From Octopus vulgaris (lineage: Eukaryota): a stretch of 64,000 nucleotides of DNA. The translations under genes and the position numbers were made by a program. Where the stretch lies: NCBI GenBank assembly GCA_951406725.2, contig OX597814.1, positions 158,658,001 through 158,722,000 on the forward strand, read 5' to 3'. This document shows, piece after piece, positions 54,352 through 63,700 of this stretch (position 1 is its first letter; the number at the start of each line of letters is the position of its first letter). The notes beneath the pieces are model-generated. The model worked only from the letters and a program-made list of their open reading frames with translations, had not been told where the DNA came from and made no database searches.

Positions 54352-56419
54352 AACTCACACACATACGTGCATGTGTGTGAGTTTGCACAAACACGCAAAC
54401 ATATGCAAAAGAAAGGTCACTGGATTGAAAAGGAAGTTATTTACAAATGCATTCCAGTCCTACAGATTACCAGTCTCCTCTCTCTGCCTTCTTTTCTACT
54501 GCCACCACTCTACTACTCACACCCTAGCTTCTCAATGCAGGCTAGTCTCTTGGCATTGTCATTCGGGCACTTCTGACTTATCTCTCTACTTCTTGTCATC
54601 TTTATTATTGCCCAGCACATCAGCACACTGAGCAGACGATAACTAAAATAGCCTTCTATTTGTGACCACCTCGCCTGTTTTGTTTCTTCTTTTTTTCTTT
54701 TCATTTATCATGACATTATTCAATGGTTCTCTTTTTGTAAATAGAAAAGCATTGTTAACTGAGGGAATTTGAGAGCTATTTCTTACAGGTTGAGCATCTG
54801 CAGAGAAGCTTCCTCACAGTGCTATAAAACTGTAAGGTTTAATTCCTTTCCAGTACTAACTTTAATATGAAAAACATCCATCAAAATATTGAATGAATAT
54901 TGAAAAAGAATCTGTTTCCAGCAGACTTGGCACCATTTAAAATGGAATACTAATTTCATAATGAGCACTATTTAATTTTTGAGCACATTCAAAGCATATG
55001 TATCCTCACAACTTGTGTTTGAAGTATTTGAGTATTTGTGATAACTATAATATCAGCAGAAACACACACACACACACATAATTATATCTCCTATTGAAAG
55101 TATTTGTTAATATACAATTTTAATAAAAACAAAAAAGTTCATTCATTCAAACCCATTTAAGTAGTGTTATTTAATTTTGAGCATAAATCTACTTAAAGAA
55201 ATTTTTCTTAATATTGTTTCTCAATTAGTGATTTTATAACTTTAAAAAATGTTCTCTGATCCTTTATGATAGTTTTTAACATATATACCCATATAATTAT
55301 TACTTTGATATTAATTCTTATTCTGACCATCAACATGTAGATTATTGCCTTAAAGATACTCCCAGAAAGAGCCAAATTTTTTTCGGATACATATACCTAC
55401 CTTGAAGAAAAAATGATTTTAGCTACAATAATCACAGTGTACATTTAATAGCTTCTTTTTAGAAGGTATATATTAGCATGGGCTGGATATTTTTGTCAGT
55501 TAAGTATTTACTGCATATGGATTGTTTGAACATATGTTGGATATCCTTCTTAATTTCTGCTATTGTTTCTTAATCATACTCATTCTTCTTCTGAAAGATG
55601 TGACATGTATATTTCAGTTCAATTAACTGAAATAATCTATGACTATAGACTCAATATAGAAGATAAATTCTGAAGATAATCTGTTATTTTAATCTCACAG
55701 ATTCTAATTATTTGACTTGATTACATATCCTTATATTTTCTTACATGAAATTAGTACTGGAAAGATAGGAACAAATTCTGATCATGAGATATTTCATACA
55801 AATAGATTTCTTCTTGGAACAAAATCTCTAATAATAGCCAATATAAATATTAGTTGGTTGGTTGATTTCTCCATTGGCAAGAAGTGGGCATAGAGTAAAT
55901 AATAGATATATAGAGAGTTTTTAAAAGGGGAGCAAGATCAGTGGTTTTATATCGTAATAAATAATGCACATTTCTTTCTATGAAATTTTACCAAGATATG
56001 TTTTTTACTGGAGTGGATCTCTATTATGTTGATAAAGTTTAGATTGTAGGTAAGCTATATTTCCTGATATTAACCACAATGACAAAAGTGTACTTCCAAA
56101 GTTATCCATATATGACAGGTAATAATAATCTAGTTCAATATGAAATAATCAAACTAACCTTTACAAGTGAGCATGTCATAGTATGGCCTGTTGATAGCTG
56201 ATAGATCTTCTTCAAAATTAATTGTTGTATTGTTAATTGTGGCTTGAGCCTCAAACAGGCTATCAAGGCTTTCTTCTGAAGCAAGCATGGTTCTGTAGCC
56301 TGAATAACTTACTTCACTTGTTGTACTTTCAGGTGTTTCTCTGCAAATCAACTCTCTTCTTCTCTTTATGCCTTCAATGCCAACTAGTGCACATAGTTCT
56401 TCAAGAGGTGTTGAGTGAA
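2910..56419 (-). CDS. Partial multi-exon gene (15 coding exons in window): obscurin/SPEG/UNC-89-like giant muscle Ser/Thr kinase, Fn3x3-Igx2-kinase segment; continues beyond both window edges
   Basis: Exons 56159-56419, 50295-50609, 44646-44729, 42438-42740, 35880-35969, 32453-32752, 23519-23632, 22919-23206, 21378-21659, 14768-14849, 9569-9772, 6728-6866, 5770-5963, 4057-4209 and 2910-3033 all have AG/GT ends and join in frame (2933 nt, no stops). Kinase motifs: [49 protein letters not shown]. From recalled family features these resemble SPEG/obscurin kinase 1. Confidence 0.85.
4057..4209 (-). CDS. Kinase exon, subdomains IX-XI (phase 2-2)
   Basis: [50 protein letters not shown]; ttccag acceptor, GTAAGT donor. 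Confidence 0.94.
5770..5963 (-). CDS. Kinase exon, subdomains VIb-IX (phase 0-2)
   Basis: [64 protein letters not shown]; donor GTAAGT. Confidence 0.95.
6728..6866 (-). CDS. Kinase exon, subdomains V-VIb (phase 2-0)
   Basis: [46 protein letters not shown]; donor AAG|GTATTT. Confidence 0.92.
7930..8100 (-). mobile_element. tRNA-derived SINE, family 2 (central GCCTTTCATCCTTTC...GATAAATTAAGTACCAG block, Meta-domain-like), truncated
   Basis: Matches copies at 58789-59016 and 61355-61785; (ATT)n tail. Confidence 0.7.
8100..8800 (-). mobile_element. Decayed RTE-clade LINE, 3' part of reverse transcriptase
   Basis: Minus-strand remnants LKFANDT (FADD motif), [11 protein letters not shown] and EGRVEG..R.RQRM..MDNI. 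Confidence 0.7.
9569..9772 (-). CDS. Kinase exon, subdomains I-V (phase 2-2)
   Basis: ttttag acceptor; [23 protein letters not shown]...[35 protein letters not shown]; donor is U12-type GTATCCTTT. Confidence 0.92.
12565..13899 (+). mobile_element. 5'-truncated R4/Dong-type non-LTR retrotransposon (RT C-terminus, zinc knuckle, restriction-like endonuclease), pseudogenised
   Basis: [38 protein letters not shown]...KHNNVA, KILWDF...PDIVVVDK...[16 protein letters not shown]; (TAA)n on both sides. Confidence 0.82.
13932..14453 (+). mobile_element. Unclassified ~520-bp non-coding interspersed repeat embedded in (TAA)n
   Basis: Inverted copies at 62016-62416 (partial) and 62699-63183; every intact end abuts TAA/ATT repeats. 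Confidence 0.75.
14768..14849 (-). CDS. Coding exon, start of kinase domain (phase 1-2)
   Basis: ttacag acceptor, AG|GTAAAT donor; [27 protein letters not shown]. Confidence 0.88.
15311..15533. mobile_element. piggyBac-type MITE
   Basis: TTAA at 15307-15310 and 15534-15537; termini CCCTTTCATTAC and GTAACAAAAGGG. Confidence 0.8.
19490..20020 (+). mobile_element. RTE-clade LINE 3' end (ORF C-terminus plus repetitive 3' UTR)
   Basis: [19 protein letters not shown].....DRDLWRCAV remnant; a more decayed relative lies at ~25830-26060. Confidence 0.7.
21378..21659 (-). CDS. Coding exon, I-set immunoglobulin domain (phase 1-1)
   Basis: ttattag acceptor, G|GTAAGT donor; [10 protein letters not shown]...[18 protein letters not shown]...[14 protein letters not shown]. 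Confidence 0.93.
22919..23206 (-). CDS. Coding exon, I-set immunoglobulin domain (phase 1-1)
   Basis: tttccag acceptor, G|GTATAC donor; PEFL...[12 protein letters not shown]...[14 protein letters not shown]. Confidence 0.92.
23519..23632 (-). CDS. Short Ser/Asp-rich linker exon (phase 1-1)
   Basis: ttttag acceptor, C|GTAAGT donor; 114 nt [37 protein letters not shown]. Confidence 0.8.
32453..32752 (-). CDS. Coding exon, fibronectin type III domain 3 (phase 1-1)
   Basis: tttaag acceptor, G|GTAAAG donor; [26 protein letters not shown]...YVIEIRE...[18 protein letters not shown]. Confidence 0.93.
33940..34370. repeat. Highly degenerate 10-11-bp minisatellite (consensus about TTAGGCTACAC)
   Basis: Many variant units such as ttaggctacat, ttagactacat, ttaagctacac, ttggttacat. 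Confidence 0.65.
34391..35668 (+). mobile_element. Full-length (1278 bp) mariner transposon family A, transposase pseudogene 34575-35593
   Basis: TIRs TCAGGTCATCCCATAAGTTCTGT(T/C)CGA; right flank TA, left flank CA; [12 protein letters not shown]..., [30 protein letters not shown]; stops and frameshifts. Confidence 0.93.
35880..35969 (-). CDS. Short linker exon (phase 1-1)
   Basis: attcag acceptor, A|GTAAGT donor; 90 nt [29 protein letters not shown]. Confidence 0.75.
36153..36293. repeat. (ATAG)n microsatellite
   Basis: Direct reading. Confidence 0.95.
37168..37557 (-). mobile_element. OR-type CORE-like SINE inserted in mariner B
   Basis: Interrupts the transposase at HNEL/GM..SA; reverse complement of the 38282 copy. 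Confidence 0.82.
38282..38668 (+). mobile_element. Full-length OR-type tRNA-derived CORE-like SINE in mariner B 3' UTR
   Basis: tRNA-like head (TGGCTGTGTGG, GGTTCAGTACC), CCTTGGCAA core, internal (TA)(TG) repeat, 3' AAAAGAGTA. Confidence 0.88.
39063..39300 (-). mobile_element. tRNA-derived SINE, family 3
   Basis: Head TGGCTTAGTGGTTAGGGTG; GTGTTCTTGAGCAAAAC...CCAGTCCACTCAGCTGG block shared with the 52180 and 43810 copies. Confidence 0.7.
40330..40930. repeat. Compound (TA)n/(CA)n/(CATA)n microsatellite block
   Basis: Direct reading; a similar (CATA)n lies at 41805-41905. Confidence 0.95.
42438..42740 (-). CDS. Coding exon, fibronectin type III domain 2 (phase 1-1)
   Basis: ttttcttcag acceptor, T|GTAAGT donor; [23 protein letters not shown]...YTVEVK...[18 protein letters not shown]. 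Confidence 0.93.
43810..44135 (-). mobile_element. tRNA-derived SINE related to family 3, with a different 3' region
   Basis: A/B-box-like head near 44080-44135 and TTCTTGAGCAAGACA core. Confidence 0.7.
44646..44729 (-). CDS. Short acidic linker exon (phase 1-1)
   Basis: ttgtag acceptor, G|GTAATG donor; 84 nt [27 protein letters not shown], in frame with flanking exons. Confidence 0.75.
44960..45177. mobile_element. Decayed piggyBac-type MITE
   Basis: TTGA/TTAA flanks; termini CCTTTTGGAATT and AATGCTAAAGAG. Confidence 0.55.
47264..48808 (-). pseudogene. Fossil hAT-superfamily transposase (ZNF862/C17orf113-like), heavily disrupted
   Basis: Collinear minus-strand remnants [123 protein letters not shown]. 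Confidence 0.75.
50295..50609 (-). CDS. Coding exon, fibronectin type III domain 1 (phase 1-1)
   Basis: ttgcag acceptor, G|GTAAGT donor; TPRMPIDPP...WLVWKPA...YSIEMK...W...[20 protein letters not shown] (Fn3 signature). Confidence 0.93.
50960..51300. repeat. Compound (CA)n/(TA)n/(TG)n microsatellites
   Basis: Direct reading. Confidence 0.95.
51614..52050 (+). mobile_element. Full-length OR-type CORE-like SINE
   Basis: Close match to 38282-38668. Confidence 0.88.
52180..52625 (+). mobile_element. Family-3 tRNA SINE interrupted by a mariner internal fragment
   Basis: SINE 5' part to 52396; putative SINE 3' part resumes near 52536 (GTGCTCAGCCAC...). Confidence 0.7.
52397..52531 (-). mobile_element. 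135-bp internal fragment of mariner family A transposase, no TIRs
   Basis: Aligns to 60216-60348 (...[28 protein letters not shown]). Confidence 0.85.
53050..53385. repeat. (CT)n-rich tract with internal (TA)n
   Basis: Direct reading; also (CT)n at 49688-49758 and (CA)n at 54268-54340. Confidence 0.95.
56159..56419 (-). CDS. Coding exon, non-domain Ser/Thr/Glu-rich linker (phase 1-1)
   Basis: ttgtag acceptor and G|GTTAGT donor; 261 nt open: [58 protein letters not shown]...YYDMLTCK. Confidence 0.65.
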
Positions 56420-58788
56420 CTACAAATCAAAAAATAAACATTATTTGAATAAACCAATCAATCAAAATTCAAAATCTAGGATGGTCAAAAATGCATAGCA
56501 AGAGATGCAACCTCATTCTTTCATCTTTTCCTATCCAGTCTTGCATTTTACATCATTTTCTTCCCTGTCCATTTTTCAATTATGCTGAATCACCACCATT
56601 TGTGGTCTTCTGTTCCTCTTTCACTTGTTTTTCCATATATGGCCACAATCACTGCACAACTTCACTTAGAGAAGGGTACCTTGTTGTGTTGTTATGTGAC
56701 CAAGCTATTATATTTTCCTCTTTTTGCCCATTGATTAACTAGATGTAGAGATTTGATAATTGGCTAAGTAAACTTGCTTTCAGAGTTAAGCAGAAGAAAG
56801 ATTTGTGTGAGAAATATTTGAAATTTAAATTTGAATTTGACAATTAGTATTATCAAGTTAATGCTAATTATACAATACTAAATAAACAAATGAGACATAG
56901 TCCTCTGATTCACCTTGAAGGGCAATAAATCTAATTAAAAACCAGGTAGGGCCATGATGAGTCATCTAAACTATATTAGCATAGAAAACAGATGTAAAAT
57001 AACAATGACAGCAATGATAATGAGAAGTTATTAGTTTTATCTTTGAAAAGTTAGCATCAAAGTGTTATTGGTACGAACTCTAGGCTCTAGCCTGGATAAG
57101 AGCAAGAACATATAAGCTTTCCCACACCAACACTTTTCCTCATGGCAACCAATTTATTACATCTTTGAAGTGTTTCTATTCACTAACTAACTTATCAACT
57201 CATGCTAGCTCTAGTTTCCCTGGATCCTACTTTCCACCTCACATATACTATGATATGTCTCTTCAAAAGATCTCTATTGAAATTTTGGAACTTAGGTATA
57301 TGACATTAACACTCCAGTGAAGGTGGCCTATTTTGGAAACGTCTCTTCTCTTCAAAACTAATCTAAAGAGAACAGAGAGTGTTCACAATCCATTAAAAGA
57401 ACTTGTCAAGAGGTGATGAGGCAGCCAATACATCATCACTTGACTTGGATAGAGATAGCAGCAAAATCTTCATCAAAATCAAACTCCACCATATTTAATA
57501 AGAAGGACAAATTGGTTAATGTAATTTTAGATATACTATATTTTAAAAGAAAGTACAAGAAATTCTCAGGTGATCATTGCTGGAATAGTTTTGGCCATAG
57601 GTTTACTCAATCAAGACTACCTAGGGCTAAATAACCATAGCAACCTAATGTTGGTGGCATAATAAACAACATGTCTTTCTTTTTTAATGGTAATAAGCTG
57701 CTTAATAAAAAATACATCTTGGAGTTAACTCTGAAAATCCTTAGATTAAACAGCTAATTTAAGAAAACACAGATTACAGATGAGATATTTCCTACCTGCA
57801 TCATTTTTCTAGCTATAGCACTGACTATTTCCTTTTAGTAGTGGATTATGACATAAATTTATTAATAATTCACTTCCCTAGCTAAAACATGAGTACCAGA
57901 AACCCATTCCAACGTCAATGTTATCCACTCAGACTTGACATGAGAAATAACTTAATGGTCAGTAGAAACTATATAAAAGTCATTGTATAAACTATGATAA
58001 ATAATGAACTACACTGTAAATAGTGAATAAATCAATTGCTAAGATTTTCAAAATAAACTGACATCAGACTTCATAAACACCAGCTTGAGAATCAGAAAAG
58101 AAACAGATGCACTGGCAGGACTCAAACCTTGTACCAGTTGATTATTGGTCATGTTACCAATTACACTACAGAACACCTACCAGCCTCCCCATTCTCTCTA
58201 TTCTCTTCTCTCGTAATTTCAGCAATAATCTTAGGTTCTTTACTAAAAAAAAATTAATCTAATTTTGTAGAATTCTTCTTTCAACTTCTTAATCTAGATG
58301 GGTTTGTAAGTAACATCTTTATAGGTAAATTAGCCTAACATTCTGCCTGTATAATTAGTTATACTGATATGCTAGAGAACCACCCATCACCAATGTCCAA
58401 CCCAATTTCTCATAAAGAAAATAACTGAGTGATCAACAGAAACTACATCATATACACTCTATAAACTATGATGCTTCCCACACACACACACAAACATACA
58501 TATGCACATGCTTGCATACTTACACACACAACACACATGCACATGCACATTCACACGATAGTAACAACAACGATAACAAATTATCTGTTGGACACTCCTA
58601 AGCCCAGTCTTCACAATATCACAAGCCCAAATCACCAATGTAAGAAAGCTTGTCGGATCATTTAAACACAACAAAGTAATTAGTCATAGTTTCTTAAATA
58701 TCATTCCATAAGCCACATATTGTTGACAGCTAGTAAGTGTTATAACAATTATTGAATGATAGACTTAACCTGTTACCCCATTAATACC

Positions 58789-59016
58789 TATTTCTTTACT
58801 GCCCGCAAGGGGCTACACACAGAGGGGACAAACAAGGACAGACAAACAGATTAAGTCGATTATATCGACCCCAGTGCGTAACTGGTACTTAATTTATCGA
58901 CCCTGAAAGGATGAAAGGCAAAGTCGACCTCAGCAGAATTTGAACTCACAACATAACGGCAGACGAAATACCGCTGAGCATTTCGCCCGGCATGCTAACA
59001 ATTCTGCCAGCTCACT
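58789..59016 (-). mobile_element. Well-preserved family-2 tRNA SINE with target-site duplication
   Basis: Direct repeat CCATTAATACC at 58778-58788 and 59017-59027; CpGs largely retained. Confidence 0.85.
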
Positions 59017-59894
59017 CCATTAATACCACCAACTGCCCCATAGTTACTTTTAGTGGAGTTTTCTTCATTGAAAGTACTTAGATTAGATTCTCACTCTGAA
59101 GCTAGTTATGTTCTTTATGAATTATAGTTATCTTATTCATCTCCCCAATTCTCTATCAGTCTTGGACACCCTGAAAATGTCATGAGGAATGTCATTCCTC
59201 TGCTGATTGAACGATAGAAGAAGAAAAAGGAAAATCCTATTATTCTATTTGCCTCAGTCAATCTAGCTGTTTGATTTACTAAAAGCCACTGACAACACAA
59301 TGTTATAACAGCATATATTAATGTGAAATCAAACTAGCCAATCCAAAATAGCATAGTTTGATAGATACTTAAACAAAATTAATTGATGATGTGGAAGGAC
59401 ACCATATTTTGTTATGCAGCCATGATATACAACAAAGTATATCAAACGTTTTTATAAGTCAATATTGTGTTCTGTTGTGTTAGCAGGGCTATCACATCAC
59501 TAGTTAAGGTTATCTCTTCAGATTTTCTATAGAGATTATAGGCAGCACTATAACGAAATTAGTACCAGCTATAATTTCTATGGAAAATCTATAAAGATAA
59601 TCATAACAAGTGAAAAATTAATTGAATACTATAATAAAGATTACTTGTGAGGGAACAGTTTACCAGATAAGTATTGTATCTTATAAAAGATTTATAAACA
59701 TCAATATTTTTAATTGTTAGAATAAACTCTTTAATAAAATATCCTAAGTAAATCTTGTTTTACAAGATGTTCATGTATCATAAACAGAGATGAGTCCTTC
59801 TGACATTCAGTGAAGGCCCTTTAAAGGTAACTGAAAGTTATATGTACCAACAAAACTTCTCTAAACATTTTCAGGTTATAGCTGGTGTTAATTA

Positions 59895-60610
59895 TCAGGT
59901 CATCCCATAAGTTCTGTCCGAATTTTGAATAAAGAAAGCAAGTGATCAAATGTTATATTTAATTGAAATTTAATCATCAATGTACTTTCCCTGATTATCT
60001 ATGACTTCCTTCCATCTATTTACAAGCTTTTTAATCCCATCAATGTAAAACTCTTTTGGTTTCAAAGCGAAGAACTCTGAAATGTCAGTTTCGACCTCCT
60101 CCTGGTTTGCGAAAGTTATGTCCCCCAAATGATTCTGTAAACTACGAAACAAATGGTAGTCTGAAGAAGCAAGGTTGGGAAAATAAGGTGGATGAGGTAT
60201 TTTTTCCCAACCAAGCTCTTCGATCTTCTGTGATGTGATCTTTGCAGTGTGAGGTTGCGCATTGTCTTGATGAAACATCACTCCTTTTCGATTCACTAAG
60301 CGGGTCTTTTTTCTTCAAAGCTTGGTTCAAACACTCTAATTGTAGGTGTAGACTTGAGCATTGATTGTTGCATTAGGTGGTAACAATTCAAAGTGAATTA
60401 CTCCTTAGCAATCCCACCAGATAGAGTTCTCTCTATCTGGTTGGATTTCAAAGGAGTAATTCATTTTGAATTGTTACCACCTAATGCAACACTCAATGCT
60501 CAAGTCTACACCTTTTTTCCATGAAGTTCCCTTCTCAGTTGTGGTTGAGCTTTTTTCCTTTTACCAAGCCACTGTTTTCAACGTTTAACATTTCGATAGA
60601 AGATCCATTT
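59895..60610 (-). mobile_element. 5'-truncated mariner family A copy with internal fold-back duplication
   Basis: TA plus 3' TIR at 59893-59922; ORF 59970-60296 FHQDNAQPH...PPYFPNLASSDYHLF; very similar to the 3' part of the 34391-35668 copy. Confidence 0.92.
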
Positions 60611-60819
60611 GGTGTTGGCGGTGGTGGTGGTGATGGTGATGGTGGTGATTAGTAAATACAACTGGCTGTCAATAATAGGAAAGTACCCAATAACTTTTAC
60701 ATATCACATTTCTATGTCTTTGTTCAGAATTGTTGAAGCATAAAATTAACTGCATACTGTAGTAATCATCATCATTGTCATCATCGTCGACATCATCGTC
60801 ATCATCATTATTATTATAC

Positions 60820-61265
60820 TAGTACATGCTAATTTAATTAGCAGGTATTTTCTTTTAATGTTTGGTGACAATAAGTCTCTTCACATCTCAAGAATTTTTC
60901 TTAGAATTCTTGCAGAATATAGATTGGTACTTTCCTGCAGTTCAACAAAGCAAGTTACATTTCCAATTTCTTTCAGTCTTTTAGACAGCATTTTGGGTGT
61001 TGTATCAAGTGCACCTATTAGTACAGGAATAATTGTTGTCTTGGTCTTCCACTGTCTCCTTATCTCCTTGATTAGATCTTGATATTTCTCAATTTCTTCA
61101 ATTTCTTTGCTATCAGCTCCGCTATCATAGGGAATTGCAAAATCTATGATTTTATATTGTTCATTTATTTTGTCCTCTATGATAGTAACTGGTCTCTTTA
61201 CTTAAAAAGTATGGTCAGTCTTTATGGGGAAATCCCACCAGATCTTGTAATTCTCATTTCCTATG
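60820..61265 (-). mobile_element. R4/Dong-type LINE 3' fragment (restriction-like endonuclease)
   Basis: KIWWDFPIKTD...KIIDFAIPYD...IIPVLIGALD; ATT-repeat flanks. Confidence 0.75.
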
Positions 61266-61297
61266 GTATGAACATTATTATTGTTGTTGTTGTTGTT

Positions 61298-61350
<53 letters not shown>

Positions 61351-61354
61351 TTAA

Positions 61355-61785
61355 GGTGGCAAAGGTGGCAAGCTGGCAGAACCGTTGGCATGCTGGGTGA
61401 AGTACTTAGCTATATTTTGTCTGTCACTACGTTCTGAGTTCAAATTCTGCCAAGGTTGACTTTGCCTTTCATCCTTTCAGGATCGATAAATTAAGTACCA
61501 GCTGAGTACTAGGATCAATGTGATCAACTATTACCCTCCCCATAAAATCCAGGATTTGTGTTTATAGTAGAAAAGATTATTACTTAAGGTGGTAAACTTG
61601 CAGAATTGTTAGCACGACAGGCAGAAGTCTTAGCAGTATTTCGTCTGTTTTTACATTTTGAGTTCAAGTGCTTTGTCTTTCATCCTTTGAGGTTTATAAA
61701 ATGAGTACCATTTGAGCACTGGAGTTAGTGTTAATGACTTAACTATACCCCAAAATTACTAGCCTTGTTCCAAAATTTGAAACCA
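61355..61785 (+). mobile_element. Two tandem family-2 tRNA SINEs between (ATT)n tracts
   Basis: Each begins TTAAGGTGG...GCAGAA..GTT.GCA and carries the TTTCATCCTTT block; a third copy lies at ~62484-62680. Confidence 0.75.
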
Positions 61786-62015
61786 TTATTATTATTATTA
61801 TTGTTATGATTATTATTATTATTATTATTATTATCATTATTATATTTTAAAAGGATTGACATAACTCTTCACAAAGGTAAATAAACAATATGAAGAGTGC
61901 ACTGTGATTGAAATAGATTGCTTATAGGTTTGAACGATATTTCTACAGCTTGTCTGTCTTTTTCAAATTCAAAGTGTGAGAAATACTGCATTCATACTTT
62001 GACGGAGTGTCATTC

Positions 62016-62416
62016 AAAGATAAACAGCACAGATGGGGCTCAGTTAGAATTTTCTTAAGGTCGAGTAGCCCATCCCACTCAAAAGGTTCCTGAATAAGGG
62101 TTGTTTAAGGATGTTGAATGAAACACCCATGTCTCCAAAGATGAATTATCCAAACCCCAAAGAATTCCTCTCAACACATGACTATGATGCTCCCCCACTA
62201 CTTCTGCTCATGATCAGGGATGCACTTATCATCAGCCACTAAGGAACATGCTCAACTGGTTATGGCCAAACAACTGACAAGCAAATCTGTGGTATTGAGC
62301 AGAATATTTTCTGTAGCCCATCTTTTATACCAAGACAAAGCAAAGTTCATAATAACACTTCCAATCAGTTAAGATAAGAAGCCATGAAAGCCACTGCCTG
62401 GTACTGCATCAGGGCA
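62016..62416 (-). mobile_element. Partial copy of the 520-bp TAA-associated repeat
   Basis: Reverse complement of about 13932-14310. Confidence 0.75.
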
Positions 62417-62419
62417 CTA

Positions 62420-62466
<47 letters not shown>

Positions 62467-62698
62467 CATCATCATCATTTCATAAGGTGACAACCTGGCT
62501 GCATCATCAGAATGCTGGATTAGATACTTAGCAGTATTTTGTCTGTTCAAATTATATAAGGTCAACTTGGCCTTTTATCTTTTCAGGGTCAATGAAATAA
62601 ATACAATCTGAGCATTGGGGTCAATGTAATTGACGTACTCTCCCTCAAAATTGTTGGCCTTGTGCCAAACTTTAAAACCATTATTATTTATTATTATT

Positions 62699-63183
62699 GA
62701 GTGAGAGAGCAGCACACTCCATCAAAGTGATGCTGGGGTACAAATATATGAAGCCCAATATACCCAATATACCTGTCCTGACCACCTGTCTGATAAGGAT
62801 ACATCAGGCACATGCATCATAACTACATGCACTGAAAATGGTAACCTTATATCATGATAAACAGTGTATGACCTTTCAGGCAGAGCTCAGTTAGAATTAC
62901 AAACAAAACACCTGTTTTCAGAGATGAATTATGCAAACCCCAAAGAATCCCTCTTGACACATGGCTATGATGCTCTCAAACTACTCCTAGTCATGATCTG
63001 AGCTACACATCTCATCAGCCACTAAGAGATATGCGCAACTGGTTAAGGTCAAGTAAATCTGTGGTATTGAGCAGAATATTTGTTGTAGTCTATCCTTTAC
63101 ACCAAAACAAAACATGTCCATGTTAATACTTCCAATCAGTTAAGATCAGAAGCCATGAGAGCCAGTGCCTGGTATTGCATCAG
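62699..63183 (-). mobile_element. Diverged, near-complete copy of the 520-bp TAA-associated repeat
   Basis: Both ends match 13932-14453; (ATT)n on both sides. Confidence 0.75.
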
Positions 63184-63185
63184 TA

Positions 63186-63238
<53 letters not shown>

Positions 63239-63265
63239 GTTGTTGTTGTTGTTGTTGTTGTTGTT

Positions 63266-63700
63266 TTGTATTTGTACAATTATACAAGTTGACTCCAAGT
63301 CTCACCTAGAGACCTCAAGAAACAACAGGTTAAAAGTTCAAGTTGGTTTTATGCCTAGAGTGCCATATATTTGGTTTTACACAAAGTATTGTTCTAAAGA
63401 ATGTTTAAGAAAACATAAGAAAATTATAAGTTTGTTTTAAAATTTGAGATTACATTGACAGTATTTTATGTAGGATGTGGGCAGTTCCCTTGAGCACTAT
63501 CTTTTGGATTTCTGCTATTCTGGGGTCCACCCACTTTTGCTATTCTGGGAATCACCCACTTACTTTTGCTATCATCCCTTGGGCACCTATGACAACAGGT
63601 ATTGTTTTAGTTTTGCCGTTCCACATTTTGCCAGTTTCTATTTCAAGATCTTTATATTTGCTCAGTTTTTGGTAGGTCTTTTGGTAGGCTGAATAATGAG
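63266..63700 (-). mobile_element. R4/Dong-type LINE extreme 3' fragment
   Basis: KLSKYKDLEIETGKMWNGKTKTIPVVIGAQGMI...EIQKIVLKGTAHIL; 3' end abuts (CAA)n(TAA)n on its own strand. Confidence 0.75.
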
